Part shown: positions 9,406 to 18,478 of the stretch, one piece after another | Layout of the letters: each line of letters opens with the position of its first letter | Position numbering within the stretch: position 1 is the first letter of the stretch | NCBI GenBank assembly: GCA_964648855.1 | Contig: CAZYLT010000013.1 | Location: 50,147-82,146, forward strand | DNA: 32,000 nt | Origin: an uncultured archaeon | Lineage (GTDB): Archaea > Asgardarchaeota > Thorarchaeia > Thorarchaeales > Thorarchaeaceae | Direction of reading: 5' to 3' | Notes under the pieces: generated by a model | What the model was told of the DNA's origin: nothing | What the model saw: the letters and a program-made list of their open reading frames with translations, nothing else | Databases searched by the model: none | Translations under genes and position numbers: made by a program

Positions 9406-10296
9406 ATGCGAATCGGATATGCCTGCATGAATAACACGGTTGGATGCACATCCGCCAGTACATTTCGATTGTCCTCTTGGTCAGAAGATCGCTTCAAAGA
9501 AACGGTCAAACATAATCTTGCTTGCTTAGAACGGATTTTGCAGTGGAATATAGAGAATGGCATCTACTTCTTTCGAATAACATCAGATCTCATCCCCTTC
9601 GCAAGCCATCCAGTTTGCTCCGTCGACTGGCAATCCATGTTCTCTGAACAATTTGCTCAGATTGGACGGTTCATTGCTGACAATAGTATCAGGGTGTCCA
9701 TGCATCCTGGTCAGTACACTGTCCTGAACTCGAACAGAATGGACGTTGTGGAACGCAGCATCTTTGAGCTTCAGTACCATGCTGATGTACTAGATCTCTT
9801 GAACCAAGATGCAGATGCCAAAATTGTCCTCCATATTGGTGGGGTCTATGGAAATAAATCCAAGGCCATGAATCGCTTTGTGCAAGCCTATCAGAATCTA
9901 CCTGACTCAATCCAGCGCCGTTTGATTATTGAAAACGATGAGAGGAGCTACACGGTTCCAGACTGCATTAGCATCCATGAGATGACAGGAGTCCCGATAG
10001 TTGTTGACAATCTACACCATTATGCCAACAACAATGGTGAGAGCTTCACTTCAGCATTTGATGTAGCAAAGGAGAGTTGGAGAGCAGAAGATGGTTCCCC
10101 AATCATTCACTACAGCTCTCAGGCATCTGGCGGCCGACCAGGAAAGCATGCGATTTCTATCGATAATCGGCATTTCAAATCATTTCTTCTTTCTCTAAGA
10201 GAATATGAAATGGATATGATGCTGGAGGTGAAGGACAAAGAGAAGTCTGCAATCAAAGCAATAGCAATAGCCAAACAGATGATGCGTTCAAGCTGA
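9406..10296 (+). CDS. uvsE: UV DNA damage endonuclease
   Basis: IGYAC, FRITSDLIPFASHP, MHPGQY, ENDE, DNLHH and MLEVKDKE motifs; ATG at 9406 (track start GTG 9397). Confidence 0.95.
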   Translation: MRIGYACMNNTVGCTSASTFRLSSWSEDRFKETVKHNLACLERILQWNIENGIYFFRITSDLIPFASHPVCSVDWQSMFSEQFAQIGRFIADNSIRVSMHPGQYTVLNSNRMDVVERSIFELQYHADVLDLLNQDADAKIVLHIGGVYGNKSKAMNRFVQAYQNLPDSIQRRLIIENDERSYTVPDCISIHEMTGVPIVVDNLHHYANNNGESFTSAFDVAKESWRAEDGSPIIHYSSQASGGRPGKHAISIDNRHFKSFLLSLREYEMDMMLEVKDKEKSAIKAIAIAKQMMRSS

Positions 10297-10515
10297 AAAG
10301 TCAGCTAGGGTGTCCTTCAAGTTCATCATAAAGGCCTTGTCATTCTTGCTCCTCAATTCCTTAAATTTTTTCCAAGCTGCTGAACAGTTTTTGTATTCAA
10401 CGCCGACAAAATCATGAATTTTCTTGTCGATTTCTTTCTTGTTGTCTGCGGTCACCCCTATACTGAGTTCATCAAATACAGGCCCAATATATCTGAAGTA
10501 GCAGGTCACTATCAT
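10288..10515 (-). CDS. hypothetical helical protein, 75 aa
   Basis: Protein-like composition (TCYFR...IH...YKNC...WK), GGAG SD, 9-nt convergent overlap with uvsE. Confidence 0.7.
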   Translation of the reverse strand: MIVTCYFRYIGPVFDELSIGVTADNKKEIDKKIHDFVGVEYKNCSAAWKKFKELRSKNDKAFMMNLKDTLADFSA

Positions 10516-10696
10516 TGCATCTCCTTTTGCTAAATCAAAATACTCTATATTTTTGTTGAAAAGCCTTTGTTACCACTCTGATATGACGCTTACACCTGAC
10601 AATTATTGACTGGGTGTGCAGCCGATTGGTTAAGCACTAGAGTCTGAGCCAGATGAATGAAGGGATATGACATGGATTCAAGTCTTCCATCTTCAT

Positions 10697-11548
10697 CTAT
10701 GCTGAAGTCTTCACAAAACTGCCTTGCCTGTATTCCATGAAAGCAGTACTGATTTCCTCTTGCGTGTTCATCACAATGGGCCCACGCCAGACAATAGGTT
10801 CGTTCAGTGGTTTACCAGAAACGAGTATAAACCGTGCTTGATTTGCGCCGGTTTGCACCCTAACTTGACTGCCCTCAGTGAGGACCACCAAATTACCTTT
10901 GCGAACGCTATCCTGATCAGGACCAAAAGCTGCCTCGCCCTCGACAACGTACGCAAATACAGTATGGTCTTTGTCTACTGAATGATTGAACTCCGATTTT
11001 GATGGCATCATTACATCAAGGTATTCGGGATCTACAGCTATTCCTTCAACCGGCCCTTTCATTCCCTCGACCTTTCCCGCTATTATTTTGACTCGGATTC
11101 CATCGTCGAGTTCAACTTCAGGAATGTCATCTTCTATCAGCCCTCTGTACATCGGATCCGTCATCTTTTTCGAGGATGGCAAATTTACCCAGAGTTGAAG
11201 GCCTCTTATTCTGTCTTCGTCAGGATCAGGCATCTCTTGGTGGATTATGCCACTTCCGGCTGTCATCCATTGAACCTCACCCGGGTGTATGACCCCGGAG
11301 CCCCCCGTGCTGTCTTCGTGTGCCACCTTTCCTTCTAGCATGTAGGTTACGGTTTCGATTCCGCGATGGGGATGCCACGGAAAACCCGCCTTAAACTCAT
11401 CTGGGTTATCAGATCCAAAGTCGTCAAGAAGCAGGAAGGGATCCATTATATCAGTATCAAGATGGCCCATAGCGCGACGAACTGTCACTCCTGCGCCTTC
11501 TTTCATCTCTCGACCTTGTTGGACTCTGAATACTCGTCTAACAGTCAT
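10697..11548 (-). CDS. pirin family protein
   Basis: DPFLLLD, HPHRGIETVTY, MTAGSGIIHQE, LQLWVNLP and GPIVMNT motifs. Confidence 0.96.
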   Translation of the reverse strand: MTVRRVFRVQQGREMKEGAGVTVRRAMGHLDTDIMDPFLLLDDFGSDNPDEFKAGFPWHPHRGIETVTYMLEGKVAHEDSTGGSGVIHPGEVQWMTAGSGIIHQEMPDPDEDRIRGLQLWVNLPSSKKMTDPMYRGLIEDDIPEVELDDGIRVKIIAGKVEGMKGPVEGIAVDPEYLDVMMPSKSEFNHSVDKDHTVFAYVVEGEAAFGPDQDSVRKGNLVVLTEGSQVRVQTGANQARFILVSGKPLNEPIVWRGPIVMNTQEEISTAFMEYRQGSFVKTSA

Positions 11549-11669
11549 TTTGCAGGCAGCTCCATAGTAGAATAATTAACAATAGCAAACTAATAAGGGC
11601 ATTGTTGTGTGTCAATCCGTATAAAGACAGTAGCAGATGTAAAGGAAGTAACTAGGAAAACAAAATGAA

Positions 11670-11990
11670 TTATTCATCGCGAGGTTGAAATAAATCAAAA
11701 AAAGCGGAGACTATGAGGGCTTCCAAGTGTAGTGCAGCAGCAGGGGCTCCAAAAAAGCATCTGCTGACAATAATCCCCGGCTTTGATTTGGTTTCTAGAG
11801 AACCCGCGATTGTTGGGCCCCTAGTTGATTCCCCCAGACCCAATGCGTCCGTCACTAGTTCATATGATACTCGCTCAAAACACATTACTGCATGACTGGC
11901 ATCTATTTTCACTGAGAAGACATTTGGATTCGTGATTGCAATGTCATTTGAAAGCCAATCTGCGGGAGTTATCAATGTTCGACCCTTCAT
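11670..11990 (-). pseudogene. truncated nucleoside (uridine/purine) phosphorylase-like gene
   Basis: LITP N-terminus and FGAPAAALHLEALI motif, then an abrupt stop where the GxxG strand of the family should follow. Confidence 0.55.
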
Positions 11991-12164
11991 CTTTTTTCTC
12001 CCTCATTTACTAATGCACTACTGGTCTATTAGCTTAAGGGGGCCTGGCTTCAGTGTTAGCTATGATTGACCCATCAACTATGATTAGCTCTTACAACAGT
12101 ATGAACTTAAGAGAGCTCCAATCAGCAGGAACTGCTGGCAACTTACAGGAAGAGGGCTCAAAGA

Positions 12165-12815
12165 ATGAACATATCCATTCTCTATGACAATATAGCGAGA
12201 GAAGGGTATCGAGCGGACTGGGGATTTTCATGTCTGATAGGCGAATCGGTTTTGTTTGACACAGGGCGTGACTTGAGCATCCTTGTTCATAACATGAATA
12301 CTCTTGGTGTGGATCTTGGCAAAATCGAAAAGGTCGTTGTTTCTCACCAACATAGGGACCATGTCGGCGGAATAGGTATTTTGGAGAAACTTGGTGAGGT
12401 AGAAGTATTTCTTCCCTCATCAATATCGAAACCACTGAAAAAGTCCATAGAACGATTTGAGGGGACCAGAGTTGTCGAGGTTTCCGAAGCCCGAAATATC
12501 ACGGAGCAGGTGACTACTCTTGGTGAATTAGGTACACGAATCAAGGAGCAATCGATTGTTGTTCAAACAGAAAACGGGAACTCTCTGATTTGTGGGTGTG
12601 CCCATCCCGGACTGGAAGTCATAATGGACAGGGCGCTTGAGTATGGGCCACTCTATGGCGTCATAGGTGGGTTTCATGACTTTGATCGGCTTCTGGCCGT
12701 GGAGTACTCGCGGCTTATTGTTCCCTGCCATTGTACTTCAAAGAAGAAGGAGATCAGGGCACTCTACAAACTGACAAGCAAAGAATGTGCTGTAGGTAAA
12801 GTCATTGAGATATGA
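12165..12815 (+). CDS. MBL-fold metallo-hydrolase (MJ0448-like)
   Basis: WGFSCLI, LFDTG, SHQHRDHVGG, GCAHPG, GGFH and PCHCT motifs. Confidence 0.92.
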   Translation: MNISILYDNIAREGYRADWGFSCLIGESVLFDTGRDLSILVHNMNTLGVDLGKIEKVVVSHQHRDHVGGIGILEKLGEVEVFLPSSISKPLKKSIERFEGTRVVEVSEARNITEQVTTLGELGTRIKEQSIVVQTENGNSLICGCAHPGLEVIMDRALEYGPLYGVIGGFHDFDRLLAVEYSRLIVPCHCTSKKKEIRALYKLTSKECAVGKVIEI

Positions 12816-12831
12816 GATTGAATATGTGTGC

Positions 12832-13173
12832 CTAGCAAGTAAGATGCAAGGCGGCCACAACCCTTTGCTCTGATTCTTTTTCGTTGTATAGACTACAAGC
12901 CTCTTCTGTTTTCCGCGCTACTAGCTGACAACCGATTGCCTCTATCTTTTTCTTGGCTGCATCCAGGACTTTCATCCGCCCGTAGTATCCCTTTCCAACA
13001 ATCAGTAGCTCAGGCTCTGCTTCAACTATTCTGGAGAGGTCATCCGGATGAAGTTCGTGCCCCTTTCGACGCCACCAGTCAGAATAGACCTGACCTGGGA
13101 GAAGAATCACATCATTTTCGTATTCTTTTCCGTCAATCCGGATTTTTCCGAAGCCGTATTCATCGATGTGCAT
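12832..13173 (-). CDS. Mth938-like (DUF498/AAMDC) protein
   Basis: FGKIRIDG.Y..DV, WWR..GH, LIVGKG..G and LHLTC motifs. Confidence 0.92.
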   Translation of the reverse strand: MHIDEYGFGKIRIDGKEYENDVILLPGQVYSDWWRRKGHELHPDDLSRIVEAEPELLIVGKGYYGRMKVLDAAKKKIEAIGCQLVARKTEEACSLYNEKESEQRVVAALHLTC

Positions 13174-13246
13174 ACTAAGATTAAGAAACAGTCCCTGTTA
13201 AGAGCTCGCAAATAGAAGATGGACCCGATTATACTAGAAGGGAGTA

Positions 13247-13453
13247 TTAATCTAGGAGAGTTTCGACTTCGATGGCACTATCTTGTGAGGTTACTTCATC
13301 TTGATTCTCATCCTCAGCTTCTGTTTTTGAGGCGCGTTCTTTTGCTCTTTTTTCCAAGTTCATGACCGATGGGACAAAGAAGGCAGAAATGCTAAGAGGT
13401 GCAGTCAAACCTTGCGCTGACAAAGCTCCATTTAAGAAATGAAAAATGCACAA
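13247..13453 (-). other. possible short ORF or 3' remnant of a membrane protein gene
   Basis: Acidic C-terminal tail preceded by a weakly hydrophobic stretch; no recognisable family. Confidence 0.3.
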
Positions 13454-13618
13454 GTGGAAATGACTCCTTTGAGTTCACCTTCTGAATGAGTTTGCGTTTC
13501 ATTGGACAATAATTGCCGTCAGTGTATGTTGGCAATTTGTGAATTAGGTGCAGAATCATGGTGGGGCTTATCCGAAGCTCTAAATTAGCCTGAACTAAGA
13601 TGATAGTGAGGAAAGGAC

Positions 13619-14683
13619 TTGGTCAGCAAAGAACAACTCGATAGTCTTGATGGCCGGATGATTCATGATGCGCTTTTGCAGCAAGAAGAAGACCGAGGTA
13701 TCAGATGTCTCACCTGCTGTCATCGTTGTGTGATTCGAGAGGGAGGCACGGGAATCTGTGACACCCGTGCAAATATCGATGGCACAATCAAGACCTTAGT
13801 GTACGGAAATATTTCCTCTCTGAGCAGTAATCCTGTCGAAAAGAAACCATTCTTTCACTTTGCACCGGGGACTACAGCCTTTACTGTCGGAAGCTGGGGC
13901 TGCAACGCATCCTGCGAATTTTGCCAAAATTACTCCATCTCCCGTGCGTCCCCCATCTCAAAGTCATCACGCTACTTGAGTCCAGAGGGGTTCATAGATG
14001 CAGCTCAACGAGAAGGAGCCGAGGGAATCTCTATCTCATTCAATGAGGCACCCACCCTCATGTTGGAATGGAATCTGAAGGCATTCGAAATCGCGCATGA
14101 ACGGGGTTTGTATAATACTATTGTAACCAACGGGTACATGACTCTCCAAGCCCTTGATGCGCTGATTGATGCCGGTTTGGATGCGGCGAATGTCGACATG
14201 AAAGGATGCGGACCTGCAGTCAAGAAGATATGTGGTATCACGACTGAGCCAGTGTGGGAAAACATAATCCACCTAAAGGAAAGAGGGGTCCATACCGAAG
14301 TCACTACGCTGGTTGTGCCCGGATTAAGCGATGATGAGGAATGCTTGGAGAGTATTGCAGCGCGTATCAAAGAGGACGCTGGAAAAGAGACGCCGTGGCA
14401 TTTGAGTAAGTATTATCCAGCGTATAAATACGATGAACCACCAACTCAGCTAAGCACTCTGCTAGCTGCTCGAGATATCGGACGAGATATTGGACTAGAA
14501 TATGTCTATATTGGAAATGTGAGGGAGCCGGGTCTCGAAGACACAATCTGTCCGAGCTGTGGACAAATTTGCTATGAGAGGAGAGGTTACCTATCCAAGA
14601 ACACTGGAACGGATCAATTCGGAAAGTGTGACAGCTGTGGGCATGACCTAGGCATCAAATTCTGGCCCCTTGAAGAACGGTGA
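13619..14683 (+). CDS. amrS: AmmeMemoRadiSam system radical SAM enzyme
   Basis: CxxCxHxC N-terminus, PVEKKPFFHF.PG, GCNASCEFCQN and C-terminal CPSC...CDSC. Confidence 0.93.
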   Translation: MVSKEQLDSLDGRMIHDALLQQEEDRGIRCLTCCHRCVIREGGTGICDTRANIDGTIKTLVYGNISSLSSNPVEKKPFFHFAPGTTAFTVGSWGCNASCEFCQNYSISRASPISKSSRYLSPEGFIDAAQREGAEGISISFNEAPTLMLEWNLKAFEIAHERGLYNTIVTNGYMTLQALDALIDAGLDAANVDMKGCGPAVKKICGITTEPVWENIIHLKERGVHTEVTTLVVPGLSDDEECLESIAARIKEDAGKETPWHLSKYYPAYKYDEPPTQLSTLLAARDIGRDIGLEYVYIGNVREPGLEDTICPSCGQICYERRGYLSKNTGTDQFGKCDSCGHDLGIKFWPLEER

Positions 14684-14807
14684 AGGGTGAGGAGAATAAT
14701 AGTAGAAGCCTCCAAAATTGGATATGATTATGAGTCTTGCTCATTTCATAGGAAATTGACAGTAGTGAGTATTTGCCTTTTGATTTGTTCGGGCACATTC
14801 ATAACTT

Positions 14808-15449
14808 GTGATGAGGAAATGTAAACGGTGTTTAGGAATGTGGTTCATCATATCGCTAATGGGTGCTCTAATTCTGATGCCGTTGCATTTCATCTCCGTT
14901 GAGCATCAGAAGCTTAAGAGGCAATTTGGAGAACATCGAGGCCGAAGAGTGGGAATTGCGCTGGGAGTCATATCAGGATGGGGGTATTTCATATTTCTCT
15001 TTGGTCTTTGGTTGTCCCCCCAACCGAGGTTATTTCTACCGATGGAAGAGATAATCAGATTCTCAATCCCCATAGTTGCTATAGAAACCTCATTGACCAA
15101 TATTACTCTTGGATTCTTCTTTTTGATACCCGGTGCATGGCTTGGATTGCGTGGCGTCTTGGATCTAGGGCTGCGTGTATCAGAAACACATAGACCAGAG
15201 AAACTCGTTACAACGGGGATTTATCAGAAAATAAGGCACCCACAATATCTAGGTGCAATTCTCTCTCATGTAGGGATCAGCATAATGTTCTCCTCGCTAT
15301 ACTCCTTTTTGGTGACACCCGTTCTGATTATTCGAGATTTTGTCATATGTAAGAAGGAAGACAGTGAGTTAGCTAAAGAGTTCGGAGAGGAGTATGAGGA
15401 CTATCAAGAAAGAGTCCCCCTGTTTCGCCCCAATAGGAGATCACAATAG
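14808..15449 (+). CDS. isoprenylcysteine carboxyl methyltransferase / PEMT family protein
   Basis: LVTTGIY..IRHPQYLG and E..L..EFGEEY..Y..RVP motifs. Confidence 0.9.
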   Translation: MMRKCKRCLGMWFIISLMGALILMPLHFISVEHQKLKRQFGEHRGRRVGIALGVISGWGYFIFLFGLWLSPQPRLFLPMEEIIRFSIPIVAIETSLTNITLGFFFLIPGAWLGLRGVLDLGLRVSETHRPEKLVTTGIYQKIRHPQYLGAILSHVGISIMFSSLYSFLVTPVLIIRDFVICKKEDSELAKEFGEEYEDYQERVPLFRPNRRSQ

Positions 15450-15484
15450 CGCCAACCCAAGAAACTATTGGCTCCTATTCCGCA

Positions 15485-15850
15485 TTATTCTATGCCTATT
15501 CTGGCTGCCACTTTTACCAGCACGAATGCAACAAATGCAATTATGATGAACGTGACTACCTCGCCAGCGAATGCGCCAACTCCGAAGGGGCCAATAGAGA
15601 TGGCTTGCCAATCTACTTCGGGAAGAACGAGTTCAACTACTGGCATCACAATATAGTCCACCAAAGCGCTAACGACATTTCCCAAATAAATTGCAAGGAT
15701 GAAAGCTACAGCGAGCCCAAGAACCTTGTACTTCTTCAGAAATGTCACAAATTCATCTACGAAGTTGTCAGGGGGTTGTGGAGGAGGACTGGGACTAAGC
15801 AATTTCCGTATCTCTCTCAATTCCTCTAACATCTGTTCGTCTGTTGACAT
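15485..15850 (-). CDS. mscL: MscL-family mechanosensitive channel
   Basis: EFVTFL...VLGLAVAFIL...VSALVDYIVMP (S1+TM1) and G.F...V.F.IIAFVAF (TM2); likely ATG at 15850 (track start 15871). Confidence 0.88.
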   Translation of the reverse strand: MSTDEQMLEELREIRKLLSPSPPPQPPDNFVDEFVTFLKKYKVLGLAVAFILAIYLGNVVSALVDYIVMPVVELVLPEVDWQAISIGPFGVGAFAGEVVTFIIIAFVAFVLVKVAARIGIE

Positions 15851-15924
15851 GATATTCCACCGCGAATCCAAGGAAAAGCATGTGCATTACTTTGGATATA
15901 GTTCTTTTGCCAAAACAAATCAGT

Positions 15925-16185
15925 CTAGAAGAGATACTGCATGGGCAACAAACCGATCATAGCCAGAATAATCCCGACAAGAAGGTGCTTTCTGCTATTC
16001 GTTTTAGTGCCCCAGCTCAAGAAAGCCCCACCTACGCCTACAAACAAGGAGAGGATTGCATACAGCCATACCAATTCTAAGAGAGGCAAGCCGTACAAGA
16101 CAAAGCGTAGAAAGAGACCCAGCAGTGTATAGATTAAAACATCTCTTACTATCATTTCTTCAATTTCGGGCATTCTTGATAACAC
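15925..16185 (-). CDS. small three-TM membrane protein
   Basis: Three hydrophobic helices. Confidence 0.65.
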   Translation of the reverse strand: MLSRMPEIEEMIVRDVLIYTLLGLFLRFVLYGLPLLELVWLYAILSLFVGVGGAFLSWGTKTNSRKHLLVGIILAMIGLLPMQYLF

Positions 16186-16306
16186 GCTCCATTCTCGTCT
16201 GTCTTATGGACAGTCAAAAGGCTTGTCTTCTAACACAAAATATGATTTCTCTAAAGAAAAAGAGTGCGTGAGGAGCAAGAGAACCCCTCAGAGCGCATCA
16301 TGCAAT

Positions 16307-17119
16307 CTATTCGCTGCTTCTCAGCAGATAGTAGTCTACTATGTTCTTGCCTTTCATAATCGGTACAACAATAATTGCGACTAACACCACGATTACAGTA
16401 CCGATGGCAGTATAGCTGATTGATGCAATGGCAGCCTGCTTAATTGCTATTCCAACACTTGCCCAAATTACAACAAGACCGAATGCAAAATCATGCCGCA
16501 AGAGAATCATCAATAGTGTAATGACTAATGCAATGATGATGACTGTAACAGTCCAGAGTTCTTGTATCGGTTGAGGAATCCCAGGAATCAATACATTGAG
16601 TACGGATGCCGTGCTGGCTATACTGGCAAGTGAAATCCATCCAAGATAGACACTGACAGGGAGATGAACTGCAATCTTTTCACTAAGAGGAACCCGTTTT
16701 TCGCCAATGCCCAGGCGGATGTAGGTGAATAGCAGCGTGATCAAGAGCAGAACTATTGGCACCTCGGACAGCACGAATAATGGGGGCACACCAAATGAGT
16801 AATGAAATACTATAAGCCAGGAAATATTGAAGATGGCGCCCAGCAAGTATAGGATGCCGATATCCTGCAGATACCCCTTTTCTCTCTCACTAGGTCTCGC
16901 CTGATAGATTGCAAAAGCAGTTAGAAGGATGTAAATGACCCCCCAAATTGCAAATACATAACCAGGGGGCGTGAACAAATTGGGATAAGAGTCTGCCACT
17001 TGACCTGTATTGACCCCATTGAGAGGTAAGATGTTGACCAGTGAATTGAAAAATATTGTCCCGAAAATTGATATAACGTTGATGATCTGAAGGACTCTGG
17101 CATCCGTTCCTGAAGACAT
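16307..17119 (-). CDS. tryptophan-rich sensory (TspO/MBR-like) membrane protein
   Basis: YPNLFTPPGYVFAIWGVIY, N..WL..F and P.SVYLGWIS.A motifs; likely ATG at 17119 (track start 17188). Confidence 0.85.
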   Translation of the reverse strand: MSSGTDARVLQIINVISIFGTIFFNSLVNILPLNGVNTGQVADSYPNLFTPPGYVFAIWGVIYILLTAFAIYQARPSEREKGYLQDIGILYLLGAIFNISWLIVFHYSFGVPPLFVLSEVPIVLLLITLLFTYIRLGIGEKRVPLSEKIAVHLPVSVYLGWISLASIASTASVLNVLIPGIPQPIQELWTVTVIIIALVITLLMILLRHDFAFGLVVIWASVGIAIKQAAIASISYTAIGTVIVVLVAIIVVPIMKGKNIVDYYLLRSSE

Positions 17120-17354
17120 GGTTCCATTAACCATGGTTAATGCATAAAAGGATGTCGCCAGGGATTTTGATACTGTGACACTAAGCATATCGAGTAGTAC
17201 TCGGACGCACTGGATAGATTACATACCTAACGAGAAGGAAGTCATCAACCACGATTCAAAGAGTTCCATGATTCTAATGATGACAGAATAAAGGATAAAA
17301 CATGACCCCCCATGATGAATAATGAGGCCCTAAGATAAAAGGAGCAAATCTGTT

Positions 17355-18425
17355 ATGGAAACTGAATCAAGAAGAGATAAGCAACCCATGTTGAGAGAAG
17401 TCTTCTTGATAGACGAAGGGCTACTGCAGTTTCACTATAGCAGTGATTCTTCAGCCAATGAAAATGATAAGGCAGTTCTTTCCTCCGGGTTGCTGACCGC
17501 ATTACAGGACTTCAGCAGTCAGGCAAGGTCTGGATCTCTAGAATCCTTCCTGACAGGAGATGAGTATTTTCTATTTACAAAATGTCCAGAAACCGACAGA
17601 GCGGTTGTAGGAGTTTTTCACCGTTTCGCTCCAGAAGAATTGGCTCGCAAGTCTCTAGAGAGAATTCAAGAGGTATTCAAGAGTGCAGATATCCCTGATG
17701 CATCTGAAAGACAGCTGCCGGGTGATGAAAAACAGAGGTTGAGGAACCTCATAAGAGAGATAGGACTTCAACTATTCGACAAAGAGTACTTTGAATTGCA
17801 TATTGAAAATCTACTGAGCAACAGAAGTGATATACCTCTAGCATTTCTTGTCGATGCTACGGACAAATCGCATGTGACACATTTCGCCCGACCAAAGCCT
17901 CTATTTCGGAGGAGTCAAGTGGATGATTTTCTTCTTCTCTATTCAACTTTAGACAAGTCTCTTACAAATCTCGGGGTGGCGCCTAGATACTCCTATTTCG
18001 TAATTCACTCACTCGGCTATGCAGCAGCGTCTTATAACTCGGCCCGATTTGCGAGTGTTGCGACAGGTGCCATGAGAGTCGATCCTCAGACGGTATTAGA
18101 CGTAGCAGTCAAGATGTGTATTCCTTCGGGAGAGATGCCAGACATTCCCGACTTTGAACAGGGCGAGATAGAAGGAGTATCACTTCTGTTCAACAATGGA
18201 ATTCTGAAGCATGAAAGCGGAGAGAAATTACCTGCTATGAGCCAAGTGTATCTTTCAACTCTTGTCAATAATGCTGACACATTCTTCAAATCGGTCAATC
18301 GACGAGTCTTCACACGATTTGACGTGTTCGGGGGAACAACTCAGCAGAGAGGCATATCCTTGGTCCGAGAAGGCAACGAAAAATCGCTAAGAGTAGAGCT
18401 CATTCGTTTTTCACAAAGTGAATAG
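17355..18425 (+). CDS. longin-domain protein with two further longin/roadblock-like modules
   Basis: N-terminal VFLIDEGLLQFHY...LSSGLLTALQDFS longin pattern; alternative start ATG 17388. Confidence 0.7.
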   Translation: METESRRDKQPMLREVFLIDEGLLQFHYSSDSSANENDKAVLSSGLLTALQDFSSQARSGSLESFLTGDEYFLFTKCPETDRAVVGVFHRFAPEELARKSLERIQEVFKSADIPDASERQLPGDEKQRLRNLIREIGLQLFDKEYFELHIENLLSNRSDIPLAFLVDATDKSHVTHFARPKPLFRRSQVDDFLLLYSTLDKSLTNLGVAPRYSYFVIHSLGYAAASYNSARFASVATGAMRVDPQTVLDVAVKMCIPSGEMPDIPDFEQGEIEGVSLLFNNGILKHESGEKLPAMSQVYLSTLVNNADTFFKSVNRRVFTRFDVFGGTTQQRGISLVREGNEKSLRVELIRFSQSE

Positions 18426-18478
18426 TAACTCATTTTAGTAGGCGATTCTCCTATTTTCTATCGACGGATGAGAAACTC

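Noticed and set aside
10611-10655. tRNA D-arm-like string GGGTGTGCAGCCGATTGGTTAAGCAC
   Set aside because: No TTCGA T-arm and no acceptor-stem pairing
12060-12085. CTATGATT direct repeat with period 18
   Set aside because: Only two short copies; not a CRISPR array and could be chance
17191-17203. CGAGTA-G-TACTCG palindrome with partial look-alikes near 1272 and 3291
   Set aside because: Short and inconsistently positioned relative to starts; no evidence of a shared regulon
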